NCBI GenBank assembly: GCA_015680685.1
Contig: MNCI01001825.1
Location: 1,287,876-1,351,875 of the forward strand
Source: Gnetum montanum
Taxonomy: Eukaryota > Plantae > Gnetophyta
Direction of reading: 5' to 3'
Length of the DNA: 64,000 nucleotides
Each line of letters begins with the position of its first letter. Positions within the stretch are counted from its first letter, which is position 1. A model generated the notes under the pieces. It ran no database searches. It worked only from the letters and a program-made list of their open reading frames with translations, and was not told where the DNA came from. Of this stretch, positions 36,989 to 51,700 are shown piece after piece. A program made the position numbers and the translations under genes.

Positions 36989-37150
36989 GCCCGCAACAGC
37001 CTTAAACTAGCCAGGGCCCGCAACGGCCTTAAACTAGCCATGGCCCGCAATGACCTTAAACTAGTTGTGGCCCGCAATGGCCTTAAACTAGTTCATTGGT
37101 ATCTTACGCAAATGTTACACGATGGCCCGCGATGGCCTTAAACTAGCAAT
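36989..37150 (+). repeat. 27-bp tandem array (GCCCGCAAYGGCCTTAAACTAG), 4 copies plus 1
   Basis: Four contiguous units from 36989 and a fifth near 37124. Confidence 0.88.
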
Positions 37151-37341
37151 TCTATTTCACAACAATGTAACTTATTCAAAACCTTTAACAACTACACTTA
37201 CGCATTGCAAATCAAGAGATAAAACCAAAAAAATAAAATAAATAACATTTAAAACCATACAGAAGATCTTAATGCCAGTCTTTTCAACATTCATATAACT
37301 ATTGTTCAATTCCAGTGAAAAAAATCCTGCGTAAGTTACAG

Positions 37342-40300
37342 TTATGCATCCCCCCTGGTGCCACTATCACCCGTATCCCTTAGGTCAGGCTCCAAGCCTA
37401 ATAAATCGTCCTCAAGTGGGCCATCCTTCCTAGAAGGTATTCCTTCGTCAGGAATGCCATCCCCACGAGGCCCTTGCTCCAATGTCGGGTCCACAAGAGG
37501 ACGCTCTCCGCTATTACGCTCCTCTTATTATGCTTGTTCCCCACCCTGTTCACCTAAGCCCTCCAATTCTTGTACCTATATACAGCAGATACATTGGCAA
37601 ATACTTGACACCATAATCAGAAAATTTAGATTCAATAATGTTTAAACTTACTCGCGACGGTCCTGCTTCCGCAGCAAAGGGAAGCTGTTCTAAACCGACC
37701 CATAGACGCTGCATAATCTCATCTTCCGTTAGTTCAGACCATATGTCGTTCCCCAGAGTAGCTCCAGCCTTCACATTCCCCTTTTCCACACTAGTCCAGT
37801 GAGGTGGATCAGGGAAGAAAGTAGGGACAGTAGTCTCACCCTCAAGAAGAGTCATTTCTCTTTCCGGTGATGCGCTTAGTGTCACCTGCTCCTGGAACTT
37901 CTCAAAAGCTTTGGATGTGCCAATGACATCAAGGAATACTCGCAAGGTTTGAGCTTCAACAGCAGAATCATGGTAATGCTGACGATAAGTAATACTTTCT
38001 CGCTTATACAGATGCTTGTGATCCTTTTCTTTCTGCCCCCACTCCTGCACACTTGCGCAGAAATCCTTCCAGTCTTGGATTTTTTGAGATAACAGCTCTA
38101 TTTGCATTCGCTACTCCACCAACTCCCGACTAGTTTGCATGCTATTCTTGATTGCAGTCCAATAGCGAGAGTAGTCAATCATAACTGTGCGCCAATCCTC
38201 CTCACCTGTTGCCCACACCTGCAGGAACTCGCATCGCGATTTTAAGTCTCCAACGTCTTTGGCCAAAGACTCCTTCTCCCTCTTTGACCTCTGCAACCTT
38301 TTCCAGAGGTCTTCATTGACACTCTTACTCTCCAACAAGGAACGAGTCAAGCGTAACGCACATTTACGCATCTCCTCATAAATGCTACGTGGCATGATCG
38401 CCCCGTCAGATGGAGGCTCCACTGTGTCCAAGTCAATGGGCTCCATTGGGTCCCATCGAAGGTGAGCTCTTAATAGCAAACATTATCAATATAAGTGAAA
38501 CATTACCACTTTCTAATAAAATAAACCTATTATAGCTATAACATACCAGCTCCAGGATCGACGAGCTCGAGGTGCTCGATCATATCGCTGACAACGCCTT
38601 CCATGAAGGCGAATTTGTCAGGAAACTCTCTCCATGTTCTGCTCACAGAGGCAGACGTGGATACATCTTCTTCACGTGTAGCGTAATTTAGTTAAAAATC
38701 TTAATTATTAACAAAACTCTTGAAGACATCCAATACGCTTACTACCTCTACCAGTTATAGTGGGGGGTGCATCAACAATTCCTGCCTCCTCCCTCTCCTC
38801 ACGTACAAAAGTCTGTGCATCGCTAGTCCTAACAGCTGGGGCCTCTTCTTCCAAAACTAGGGTCCCTTCTTCACGACTTAATATCACTACCCCTGTCTCA
38901 GGGGTCAACTCCTCCGTAGGTCTCGTTGTTCATATCACATTCACATTTAGATGATTCAAAATATCCTGAATAAAAATTGTGTAATACAATAACTTTCACT
39001 ACGTTTCCTTTGAGCTTACCAGGTGGAGGTTTACTCCATTAAACTTTGACTTGCATGGTTCGACCTGTGCCACTCCCAGGCTCTGCAGGGGCCTCGGTTA
39101 GACGAAGCTTTTTACGTCGAGCTGAAGGCTCTACAGTTTTAGCTGCCAAGCGTTTCCCCCGCAAAGCATCGCCAGTGTAAGTGGGCATCACCCCGCCTAC
39201 ACTATCGGGGCCTCGCACTCGAGACACCGCCAAATCCCTTGTTGTTATAGATAGAGACTCGCCAATCCCTTCCGGGGGATCCTGTCCATGGGTAGTGCCG
39301 AAAATATGGGTAATCTAAGGTTTGGATAGCTGGTCTCGGTCCTGCAGCTTCCAGACCCCATTCGTCTAGATGATCAAAAATTCAGCAAAACGCCAAAGGT
39401 AAGCTATGAAGAAGGCATAATGCACGTTGAAATGAGAATCAAGCTTCTGGCGAAGCCTAATCATTTCAGCGCGTAACCCCTTAGCAAAGTAGCTTGCCCA
39501 GTCAAACTGGGTCCCTTCCTCCATAACCTCCTGCATGATACAGGTCTGTTCTATGGTGAAGAACCTCCCCTGAGAGAGTGTTTTAGGGAAAGCCTGGGCC
39601 CGGAATAGGGGATAAATTATCTTGGCAATCTCTGGTTTGATCTTCTCACAAGGGACCCCCTTAGCCTCCTTCTTGTCCCCTAGCCACTCCTCCAGCCACC
39701 CCTGACAAACGAGGCTCCTCTTTGCCTTTTCCTCTATGGGAAGGCCGTTAGAGGGGATGTCGAAAAGGTCTGCAAAAAGCTAAGCATCAATATCAAAACT
39801 TACATGTACGTGATGCACGTGCATGCAAAAGCGCTTAGCCCTTTCGTTGAAGGAGTTGACTAGGGTCAACATTTCACTGACGGGGACATCAGGGGTTACG
39901 GCCAGAAATAAGTGCATTAGCCTCGCTTGGCGCAGCTTGGTAACCATCGCAACCGGGGCCGCTGCATGGCCGAGCCAGTCCTGTGCCTCCTTGATGTTGC
40001 CATAGCGGAAGAGAAGGGTATTCGCCTCGCAGCCGGAAATTGTAAGGGTAATCTCCTGGGATTCCCTGACTGAACCATGCAAGACATATGTTAAAGGACA
40101 CTATTACGCGACATTCACGATTCACAATTACATTATGCAACAATAACATACACAGCAACTTTACCAGGTCCAAATGGCAAAGGAAATGGAGAAAGTTTCC
40201 TCTGCACGTTTGCGACGGTAAGGGGTGGATCCGAAGTCCAATCTTCATGTAACCACCCGAGATTCTGGCAATTCTTGAAAGCATCAGCGTAACGGGTGGG

Positions 40301-41365
40301 ATACTCATGAATGTCGAAGCTGATTTGCCCCATTACACCAGCGCATACATTGCTAGTAGAGGTAAACGTCTTTATTGCCGTTTTAGTCCATGTTAAGGTA
40401 TCACCATCGCCTACTAACTTGTTCTCATGGATAAAAAACCTATACCATACCCCATATGTTTATCTTACGCTTCAAACAATAGACATATAATAACAATACC
40501 ACCAATAAAACCAGTTACCCCCCTAAATAATACATTGTGCCTGGTGGGTTCTAGAAGTAAGTCGAGACGTGATGGGCCACAAAAAAAGTGCTGTATGCAT
40601 GGTAACAACTAAACTGAGCCATTTTTCAGATCCAACTTAAGCACCTCAACCCTCTAGCGCTAAGTTCGCGGTCCTGGGGATGACCAGTGTCGATAGCCCT
40701 ATCTGTCAAGAATGCCAGAATTCCCTGCGTAGAGCCCACTAACAGGTGTTCCAAAATGGCACCAGCAATATCTCCCAATAGGTGTGACCATACAATAACG
40801 CTATAGTTATGCAGTAAAAACTGCAAAAACTCCAGCGCACCCTTTCGAAACCATATGGCCCTCCCATGCAACCGAGTCTGAGGGGGAGGAACATTAGGTA
40901 CTATTAGGTTTATGTAGCATAAAACCCCGACTATATCCAAGACAATTAGGAAAGGTCTTAACATGATACTGTACAGAGATGATAATAAACACATCAATGT
41001 CTAGATTCAGATTTGCATGCTTAAAATGCAGAAAATCTACAAATTACGCTTAGCTATTCATGCCGAAATCGCCTAAACCCTTGCAACAGTACAAGGTTTG
41101 TCCCTGACAACGGTGATAGACGCAATCCTAATGTATAAACCCTCATTTTAACGCGAGGTTTATAGTCTAAGATTTTAATTTATGCAGGCGACGCTACAAG
41201 AAATAAACACTGCGAAAGTAACACGAATAAGTAAGAGATGGCCTACCGATTCAAAGGCGTAGGGTCTCTCACTTTGACCACTACCTGCGAAACACGCTGC
41301 AGGCTCCCTTGCACCTCGTCAATCTGCGCCAATTTTGTGTTCTTTCCTTTCACTTTAGGCACCAT
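37342..41365 (-). pseudogene. Antisense multi-exon accessory gene of C
   Basis: Exon 1 at 41365-41247 (MVPKVKGKNTKLAQIDEVQ...TPLN). NIF-like exon 40968-40519 (FLIVLDIVGVLC...WFRKGALEFLQFLLHNYSVIVWS). ORF pieces 40333-40133, 40082-39780, 38479-38111 and 38107-37550 are homologous to those of B and A. Confidence 0.8.
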
Positions 41366-41845
41366 TGTTACAGTTCTAACACCTTCACACTTTCGCACCT
41401 TTACGCCTTTACAAATGACACGCTTTAATCTTTTGCTCCTCCTCCTTTCTCTCTGTAACAGCTAAGAATTCAAATTCGCGATGGCAAATAGCCTGTTCTA
41501 AATGAAAAACTGCTTACTTATATGCAAAATTTAACTGACTTGATACCCGATTTCAGCAAGACTTGCCTTAATGCTGGTGTGAGCTAGAACCCGAGGATCA
41601 AGGCATTAATTGCATTAGATATAGCACGCATTACGGTCCAAAACGACCCTAAACTACTGTATCTTATCTCCTCGTAATCAGATATCATTAATTATAGGCT
41701 ATTCGCAAAATTTAAAATTTTGTTAGCTTTACGCTCAGTAATGTCATGTCACATCCTATACACTAAACTAAGCATTATTCGTTAAGCACTTATCGCATCA
41801 AACTTAGTATCTTTCTAATTACTCTCGCATTTGATGATTTTGTAG

Positions 41846-44800
41846 GATAATTGACAAATGGATGAAATTTTATCTGCACCGCTAGTCTTAACAAGCTTAC
41901 ATGGTGAAATTATTAGACAACTTGATCCCACACTAATAGAAATTAACCTAGCCCTTAATGATGCAATCATAGCCACGTCGGAAACATCTCTAGACTGGCC
42001 AAAGCAATTGACGCGCACGCTAGATCTGGAAGTTGGAGATGTAACCAAAGATCCACTCAACAAGGTCTCTGTGGTTACGCATAGGGGTGAGACTAAAACT
42101 CTCAAGGTTAGTTCTCTATTAAACCAAAAGGCACATGATGATATAAAACAGGTTCTTCAGAATAATATCATGGTGTTTGCATGGTCATACGAGGATATGC
42201 CAAGACTAGACCCAAGATTAATTCAACACAACATAATCCTTGATCCCTGTATCAAAGCCGTCAGATAGAAAGCATGAAAGATCAAGCCAGAATTCACGTT
42301 AGCGGTACGTGATGAAATCACTAAACTATACCAGGCTGGCTTTATTTGCACAGTTGATTACTCAGATTGGGTATCTAACATTGTAGTGGTTCCTAAAAAG
42401 ACCGGAGGAATACGCATCTGCATAGACTTCCGAGACTTGAACAAAGCTACAATCAAAGATAACTTTCCATTGCCGAGTATCGATCAATTGATGGATACAA
42501 CCACTGGACATGTGCTTTTGTCCTTTATGGATGGCTTCTCAGGCTACAACCAAATATGCATCAACCCAGAGCACTAGCTAACAACGACGTTCATGACGTT
42601 CTAGGGGACCTTTTGTTACACCATGATGCCTTTTGGCTTAAAAAACGTTGGAGTGACATATCAACAAGCCATGACATACATCTTTAGCGATTACCTCCTA
42701 GGGAGACTGAATGATTATGTTGACGATATAGCTATTAAGTCTTTAAAGTTAGAAGATCATTCGGAGGATCTGGAGTTAGTCCTCAAGAGATGCTCTAAAT
42801 ATGACCTCCGACTCAACCCAAAAAAGTGTGTGTTCGGAGTTAAAACTAGACGCATGCTGGGTTTTTTGGTATCGAAAACTGGCATACGCGTGGATCCTGA
42901 CAATATCAAGGCCATTGTTGAACTAACACCCCCTACAAGTCTTAAGCAATTACACAGATTACAGGGGAGGTTACAGTTTATCAGGTGGTTCATCTCGAGA
43001 TTAACCAATAAGTTACACCCTATGCAACATTTTCTTAAAAAAGGGATCAATTTTAAATGGATGGATGATTGTTAGTGTGCGTTTGATAGCTTGAAGCAAA
43101 AGCTTCAACGCTTGCCAACAGTTTTCCCATTGCAAAGGGATCAACCATTTTATATCTACCTTGCAACTTTAGATGTAGCCTTATTTGCATTACTCTGTCA
43201 AAGGAGGGATGATGGGTTGGAAGTACCCATCTACTACTTGAGTCATGCTCTATGTGTGTATGAAACGAGGTACAACGAAGTAGAGCATAACTGCTTAGTG
43301 TTAGTATTTACGCTCAAGAAGTGTAGGCATTATCTCTTCCGTAGTTAGGTCAACATCATCTGTAAAAATAACATTCTTAGGGCCATTACACATAACTTAT
43401 ACGAAATTAGAAAAATAGCTCGCTGGAAGGCTATCACGGAAAAATTTGATCTGCATTACATTGGCCAATCTTCTACGAAAGGCCAAGCGAGAGCCGACCA
43501 ATTAATAACATCACCTATTGACAGTCAGGAAACCATAGAGCCTAAATTTCCAAATGAACATGTACATAGTTTAAGCCCTGTTTTAACAGGCCCTGAAGCA
43601 ACGTTATACTTCAACGGAGCTTCAACCATTAAGGGTGGCAGTGCTACTATAGTTATTACACTATCACCTAAGGATGTGCATCTTCACGCTTATCGCTTGA
43701 CTTTCCCCTGTATGAACAATGTGGTAGAGTACGAGGGGCTCTTCAGGGGATTACTAACTACCAGCGAACTTGATGTTCGACACCTGGCAATTAGGGGTGA
43801 TTCGATGCTCATCATCAATCAGATCATAGGAGTCTATGCCTGCAAGGCTGCACATCTACAACCCTATTGCGATATGGCTAAAGATCTTCGGAGGCAGTTC
43901 ACGACCATCGATGCCCAACACGTGCCACGCACTGATAACATGTTGGCCGACGCACTGGCTACACTGGCTTTGAACGTACCCTCGTGCCTGTTCGACACCT
44001 ATCCCACATTAATAATAGATTGCATAGATCCCATCATTCAGGGGGTGCAAATATCCTCTCTGCTCAAGGACAGAATGCCAGAGTGGTACAATAGCATTAA
44101 GACATACCTCTTGCATGGTCAGCCACCGCATAAATTAACATGCATGCAGAAAGATGCAATCCGCAAGTGAGCTAGGCAGTACGTCATCATGGGGGATAGT
44201 ACTCTCTGTAGACACTCTTTTGATGGTGTGGTGCTTACTTGCATTAACAAGGACCAAGCACAACGTATAGTTGGCGAGGTCCAGGAGGGTTTATGCGGAA
44301 GACACGTAGCACCACGGGCTATGGCCTCAAAAATCCATCGCTTAGGGTATTACTGGCCATACATGGAAAGAGATTATTTAACAAAGGTTAAAACTTGTGA
44401 CACATGTCAGCGTTACGCAAATCTTATACATGTGTCGTCTACAGAGTTACATACGACTCAGATAACATGGCCGTTTCAATGATGGGGACTGGACATCATA
44501 GGTCCTATCACACCGAAATCTTCCGCAGGTCATAACTTCATAATTACCGCTACTGAGTACTTCACGAACTCGGTAGAAGCTATTCCTCTACAGAAGATCA
44601 CATCTCAACAGGTTTGCCATTTCATCTTAGACAACATTGTAACTAGATTTGTTCTCCCGATGACTATCATGACTGATAACAGGCCACAGTTTAGTAGTTC
44701 GGAAACCAAATCCTTCTATAATAGCCTTGGCATTAAACAGTCTTTTTCTTCGCCCTATTACCCGCAAGCGAATGGTCAAGCTAAAGCCACAAACAAAGTC

Positions 44801-45325
44801 ATCATCAATCTGCTCAAGAAAATGCTTGACAGCAACAAGAGACGGTGGCACGAAAAAATCCTCTATGTGCTATGGGCATATCATATTACATGTAGGATAG
44901 CTATAGACAGTATGCCCTATAGCCTAGTCTACGGATCTGAGGCGGTGCTGTCCCTCGAATTGCAAATTCCTTCTCTGAGAATGGTCCTCTCCACGATTAT
45001 AAATGAGGCTCAACACACCGAGTCTCGGATCATGGATCTGGATTCATTAGAAGAGAAGCGAATATAGACGCTTGATACGATCGAAAATTATCAAGACAAG
45101 CAGAGGCAAAAGCATTGTCACAATCTTCAGCAACGTCTGATCAAGAAGGGAGATTTAGTTCTCAAGGCCATTCGTAAACCAGTGGGCAAATTCTCTGCAA
45201 ACTGGGAGGGCCCTTTCTTGGTGATTGATGTGTATGGCAACGAGGCATTCAAGCTAGTGGACAACGATGGCAACCAACTACCAAATCCTATTAATCATAT
45301 ATATTTGAAGCGGTACTACATTTAA
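41846..45325 (+). pseudogene. pol: pol of element C: RT - RH - aRH - INT
   Basis: IRICIDFRDLNK, MPFGLKN, YVDDIAI (RT); LYFNGAST, CMNNVVEYEGL, RGDSMLIINQI (aRH); CDTCQRY, YYPQANGQAKATNK, KFSANWEGPF (INT). Confidence 0.94.
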
Positions 45326-45349
45326 CTGTATCTCCAGTGTGAACATCAG

Positions 45350-45930
45350 GTATGGCCATAATTGTCCTCTATGACGCTAAACTGGCAACAATCGTCCTCT
45401 ACGACGCTAAACTGGCAACAATCGTCTGCTATGATGCTAAATTGGCAACAATCGTCTGCTATGACGCTAAATTGGCAACAACCGTCCGCTACGACGTAAA
45501 ACTGACACTCCCTTCACGCATCTGCCATGATGCTAAACTGGCATTGATCATCCGCCATGATGTAAAACTGGGAAGTTGTAGCCGTTCGCTACGACGTAAA
45601 AATGGCTGTATTGTACAGGTCCGCCACGATGAAAAACTAGCATCTTTTGCACGTGTCCACCATGATGCTAAACTGGCACTAGCTATCTGCCATGACACAA
45701 AATTGGCGTAGGTAAGTAGTCATCTGCTAAGACGTAAAACTAGCATAGACTTGTCCCTAGGTCATGACACAAAACTGACACCCACAGCATGGTCTGCTGA
45801 GACCATAAATCAGCTTTGCCACTGTTTGCTACGACGTAAAACTAGCATTTCTCGGTCTGCCTAGACTTTAAACTGGGACCATGGTCTGCTGAGACTTAAA
45901 ACCATCACAACAGTCTACCAGGACTTAAAA
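45350..45930 (+). repeat. 30-bp tandem array in the 3' UTR of C
   Basis: Near-perfect ATCGTCYNCTAYGACGCTAAAYTGGCAACA units at 45360-45500, followed by about 12 degenerate units. Confidence 0.9.
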
Positions 45931-47105
45931 CTGGGACTCATAAGCTGCCATCATGCAAGTCAAGCGAGCGTGATCATCTCTGTGCAGCCGCATGACAAAC
46001 GAGGTGGGACACTGAGACAGCCCCAGCTTCACTACCTCACTGGCATTCTGCTGATCTCTCAGATGTGCTGAAGGGCATACTACTGACCCCTCGAAGATAC
46101 CGTCACCGCACCCATTCCAGCGGTGGTACCTTTGAGAGGTTAGTTTTGCCATCCGGAGCCCCAAAGGCGTTCTCATCAATTACGACTTTGGGGATCTCCG
46201 CTCATCATCACTATCAGACCCTGGCTTCACAGATTCACCTAGCTGGTTCTTTACATAACCAATCAGGTGCGCTGAGTCTGATGTTCTTTGGCGGCAATAT
46301 GCTGGGCTGAGTGTCAAGGTTGAAGACTCTGGCCTCGTGCTACAGTTCCTCCTTCACGGCCCGATCACTTTATCTCGCCTCCAATAGTACTTTTTTCAAC
46401 AACCTCGTCCGCAATTCTCATGAACAATGGTACCCTCTATTTTCTTCTTTGGTTGCAGGTTACTTGTTATGAGGACGTCGTTCGAAGGTGCGTTCATCTG
46501 AGTGGTGTAATGCCGACAGCATTTTGAGATGGCTGCTTAAGTTGGCCTGTCCACTCGGAGGGTGCATCCTTGTGTTCCTCATAATCCTACCCTTAACCCT
46601 TATCACTACTCTTAGCTATCCCATCCACTTCCCATATCCAAAATGTACATACGCAGCACATGCTTTCCGCATTCGCATTACAATCAAGTCCATAAGTCGG
46701 CGTAACACAACTCGCCTAGTGGATGCCAAAAAAAAGAGGGGGGTTGACAAAATGGGTGAAACACATCTCACTCAGGCCGTACAGACGTAACACAATTCAT
46801 CTATGTAACCCCCTTTAACACAAAATGAAGGCATAACTCCATGCAAACGCAATCGCAAGAGAAAGCCTATTTACTTATGCATGAAAAAGCTATCCCCGCC
46901 CATTTGCATCTTCCCCGAACCTCACTTGAGTCTTCCACAAACCTGTTTCCTCCTATACCATCCTATCTCTAGATTCCCTCATCTCTGCACTTCTACATTG
47001 ATAGGATCATACTTGAGTACCTGTTGATAAATGCTGTTGGTACTTTCATCAGTCTGGTGTTTCGTATTCTTTGTCGATGTCTTTCGGGCAAGCCCTCTAA
47101 CCGTC

Positions 47106-47121
47106 AACAAATAGGGGCCAT
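47106..47121 (+). promoter_or_regulatory. PPT of element C
   Basis: AACAAATAGGGGCCAT before the TG at 47122. Confidence 0.8.
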
Positions 47122-48727
47122 TGAAACACCGTGGAAATTGTGAATCGGCCTCAGGTGAAGATTCATGATTCAGGAAAAAGTTTGTGACAGAATTCTGGAA
47201 GGTAGAAGAAGACAAAGCAAGGCGAAACGGCGCCCGGCATCAAGTCTCCAAGTTCCTTACAGATTTCAATTTTACTTTGTTTTCTATCTTGACGCTACAT
47301 TACGTAACATAGCGTAATGACGCTTAGTGTAATGCTGCTTAACATAGTCTGACATCAGAGGGTAACTTACTTCAACAGATTTGGTGAAATTTAAGGCCTA
47401 AGCAGCGTAATATGCGACTTCTCACATATCCTGCTAAGTCTTTTGTCCAGGGTCAGATTTACGCTCTGTTACGCAAGGTAGCATAATGAGCTTCAAAAAG
47501 GTCAAAGGGAAAGTCCAAGGGAAGCGCGACAGATCGGCCCCTTTCTTTTTGCAGATTGATCGCCTTACGCTCGTTACGCTACGCAGCGTACGTTAGCGTA
47601 ATTTATCGCTGAGTTGATCATTTTTTATGCTTCACTACGCTTTGCTGCGTAAATGAGCGTAAAACAGCTTGACCCACATTTCTATGCTTTGTTACGCTTG
47701 ACCACGTGACGTAGCGTAAACAAGTGTAATACAGCGTAAAGCTGGCAAAAGCAGTTACGCATTTGCTATCCATATGCGCAATACGTTGATAAGCGTATTG
47801 TGTGTAATCACGAAGCAGCCTCAGCAGAAGTGTCAATAGCGTACGTTGCAATGTGACGTGACATAGCCAGTTCGTCAAGTCAACGGTATCCGGAACGTTC
47901 AAGACATGTGTCATCAAGGCCATGCCTTTTCTACATATTATAAATACCTCAATTGGTAAAGAGAAAAAAAGGAAGGGGAGGGAGGACTTTTTGGACTTCT
48001 TGAACAGAGAGCAACGATGAGCATCTTCAACTTTTGGAAATTATCATCCTTGAGCAGAAACAAGAGACATTTTTTTGAGCATTTTGGCAGCAGGAGCGAT
48101 CATACCCTTTGGTGAAAATACAGTTCTCTCATCGGTGATCCTTGGAAGTTTTGAGTAGAGACTATCTAAAGCGAAGAAGATAGATTAGAGATCGAGAGAT
48201 CATCTGGTGCAGTTTGCAAGATCTATTGATCAGACATAGTTGGTTGATAGAAATCCAGGCTTGACCTTCCTTGCACTCCATCTTTGGCTTATAAGGTTGA
48301 CCGAGCTCCATTCTGCACTCCTTGTTAAACTATTTTTTTTTCTTGTGTATGTTTCACACAAGATAATCAGAATCCTCCCATTTTAATTTTGTATACAAGA
48401 TACTCGTTCCTTCGGGTCAAAGTACAGATCTTGAAATCACGCATTTCTCTTAGATCTGATTCCCTTTGTCGTGTTAACGTTGTCATTATTGTAATTTATC
48501 CACATCTTTTTCCTCTCCTTTCACGATCTATTGAATCAAATCGCTCCACGAAACACCTATAATCTTCGTCGATTTACTGATTTAGTAAGTCCCTGTTTGA
48601 TCGACAAGACCGTTCAGGGCACTGCGGATTCATTTTCTCCAGCACAGCCCTCGCACGGATCTGTGGTTAAGACTGTGTACACGGATTTTGTTTGGTATTC
48701 CAGCTGGCGACATTTTTCGTTGTTACA
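47122..48727 (+). repeat. 3' LTR of element C
   Basis: Homologous to 31103-32713. Ends CA and is followed by the TSD CATTT. Confidence 0.95.
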
Positions 48728-48732
48728 CATTT

Positions 48733-51700
48733 GATCTTCTCTATAATCAATGTGAGGAGAAGTGTTGGCTGGATAGGGAGTGGACAAAGCCCTTCAAGCT
48801 GGTCATAGTTGAAGAGGCTATGGTTGACCTACCACTGTTCCTGTTACCATATAGGCCCAGTGGTCAAATGGTAAGTATCGCATGTTTGAATGTTTTTGAA
48901 ATCCTTGTATTTCTTGCATTTCTATGCTAAGAATTTCCTTTGAAAATTGCTGCATGGGCAAAGAAGTCCCAAGAGGTGACAGTGGTAACCGCTGAGATGC
49001 AGGGGGAGAAAATCTACTTCAAATATGGTGAAGTAGTGGTGAGCTAGTGCTGGTTGGACTAGAGGGCCCCAGACTCCTTGGTCGAGAACATTCAAAGGGT
49101 AGGGCTTATGGACCTTTTCATGGTCCCAAATCTAAGCGTTCCAGCTACCAAAATGCTTTCCCTAGTTGACTCCTTTTCTGAGAGGATGGGCTACTTTTGC
49201 ATGCACATACGGGGCATGCGAGTGGTCATTAAAATCAATGAAGAGCTATTTAGAGACTTGTTCGATGTTCCTGCCAATGGCATTCCCATAGGGTTGAGGT
49301 TTAAGTAGGAGCTAACCCTTATGAAAAAGGACATTGAGGAGTGGTTGTGGCTCATCAAGAAGTGAAAAGGGTTCCCCATGGATAAGCTTAAGGACATCCT
49401 TGCCACAGAGATTTACCCGATCTTCCATGTCGGCACATTCCCCCAACTGCTCACCCAAGGGAACATCCTGGGGCTTTGAGTAGGCTTGGGTAATGCAGGA
49501 GGTTATGGAGGAAGGGGCTCATTATAACTGGGCCAGCTGCCTATGTAAGGGCTTACAGGCTGAGATTTTGAGACTTCATGAAAAGATGGAGTCTTGCTCC
49601 AACATACACTATACCTTCTACATAGGTTGTCTGAAGCACTTCGTGGAGTTTCTGGTGGTTTGAGAGAATGGTGTCTGGGCCATGAGAGATCGCAACTAGA
49701 TCTCTAAGCCATGGATTCACCAGATCCTCTAGACCACACAAGCCTAAGACCTCCTGGAGATGATCGGGGAGTAGTTGTCTGTAACGACCAAGGATCAGGT
49801 GGCCTGCAGTGTTCGTGGCATCGACAGCATAGGAGAGACCCCTCCTGCCATAGTTGGTAGCATGACGTAGGGAGAACGTATCATGGATGAGACCGTGCCT
49901 AAGGATTTGTGAAGGAAGAGGCCTCCCTTAGCTCAGGAAACCCTTCCCATGGAGGAAGAGGAGGGATGAAGACTGTGGTTCAAGCTGCAAAGGACATAGC
50001 CCCCAATTGGTAAATGCTTTTGTGTACTGCTTACTTTGCTATTATTCACTATGTTAGGCTACATTAGGTAGTGTAGCGTAGTGTAGCATCCACCTTGAGC
50101 CAATTTATCTTGTATCAACGTGAATATGCTCTCTTTTTTTTCGCTAGTAGAGGAAGAAGAAGAAGAAGAAGAAGGCGATGAAGAAGTGTCAGCCCTTAAG
50201 AAGGGGGCAACGAATAATGATATGGAGGCCCCAGTTTTAGAGGAAAGGGCCCCGGTCAAAAATAAGGGCGCTCCTGCTTCTATGGTAGGGGCTCTCATCA
50301 TTAGGAATCCTCCTACCAACGATGAGACACTTCCCTTGAATAATAAAGATGTTGGTCTTCTGAAAGGGAAGGCACCAGGGCATGAGGAAAGGGGGCATAT
50401 GATCTTGGCAAGGCCCTCAGCCGAGGCTACCACCCTTACCTTTCATCACCAAGAAGATAGGCCATCTCTAGGTGCTAGTAAGTTCAGTGGTACACCTACC
50501 TTACCATGGTCCATGTTGGCCATTACTGATATGCTTTAGTTGTGTAATAGGAGCTATAGCTGATGTCACAGGACCCCCTTTGATTTGCGCAGAGTCATGG
50601 GTTGAAATCCCTGACAAGTTTGCATTCATGCAGGGACTTGTCGATGACATGATCAAATGCCTTTAGTAGGCGGACCTTGATGTGGGTATGTAGCAGCATC
50701 AAGCGCTCTTGCGTTGTTATGCTGAAACTCTTGAGTTTGTTGATTTTGCTATGCTAATGCAATTGTTACGCTTTTCGGTTCGAGACAGCCTCTCAGCTCA
50801 AATGGGACCTAGCCCATCCTATGAAAGTTGGAATCATGCCTACACTCTCACTGGACGTGACCATGGTGCCTCGTTGTACATTTGACGAGGCTCACAAGTA
50901 TGTCTTGCACTTGGCATGATCCTTGTGGGAGTATAAGTGTGTCAACAAGGACCTATCGAAATGGGTCCAAAGGCTTGAGCAAAGAGAGGCCGAGTTGGTT
51001 GCTGACGTAGTGGATCTTAAAACGAGGAACAAGTTTCTCATTAATCATGACCCCAGTGCTGAGGACTAGTGCAAGGCCATGGACGATTATGCCAGATTTT
51101 GAATAGTCATGTGCCAGAATGTCAACTCTACTTGCGAGATAGTCAAACAAAAAACATAGATGGAGTTGCTAACCTAGAAGTGCCAAGACGTGAAAGATAT
51201 CAACGCCAAGGTTTTTAAATTGGGGTAGATCTAGAGAAACCACAAGCACATGTACAAGCTAGAGAACGATACCCATCAAAAATTTTACAGAGACGCCGTG
51301 GTGGAGGCATTCACGTATGAAGCGTTTGTGAACACCATCGATGCTTCTGAGGCTTACGCTAAGAGTAGGTAAAAGTTATGGAATCTTCTGATTTGAAAGT
51401 GGACCTTCCTACAGGAGAGACTGCAACCACCTCCCTTTTCCTAGGGCCCCTGAAATGGACGATCATGGAAAGGGAAAGAGTCACTGCTAGGAATGCTGAA
51501 CCTAGTGACAGGCGTTGGATAGAGATAATGAAAGAGGAGGTCTGGCATCACCTCAAGCTTGGTCTAGACCAAATACACTTTAATGTCGATGCAGGCCCTT
51601 CTCAAGTTAGTCATTTTATTGTGTAGATGCTCGTGTTATGTTATTGCGTTGTGTGTGTTGCCCTAACTAACCCTTTCATTGCTATGGTACAGGCTCCAGA

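Larger units (their letters stand above)
31103..48727 (+). mobile_element. Element C: full-length Tat-type Ty3/gypsy, 17.6 kb, diverged family
   Basis: LTRs at 31103-32713 and 47122-48727. TSD CATTT at 31098-31102 and 48728-48732. PBS and PPT present. Confidence 0.96.

Noticed and set aside
45352-45711. Repetitive ORF (YDAKLATIV)n, and similarly 6661-6876, as a repeat protein or CRISPR-like array
   Set aside because: It is the translation of a 30-bp tandem UTR repeat. There are no unique spacers and no cas genes, and the frame is not preserved across elements.
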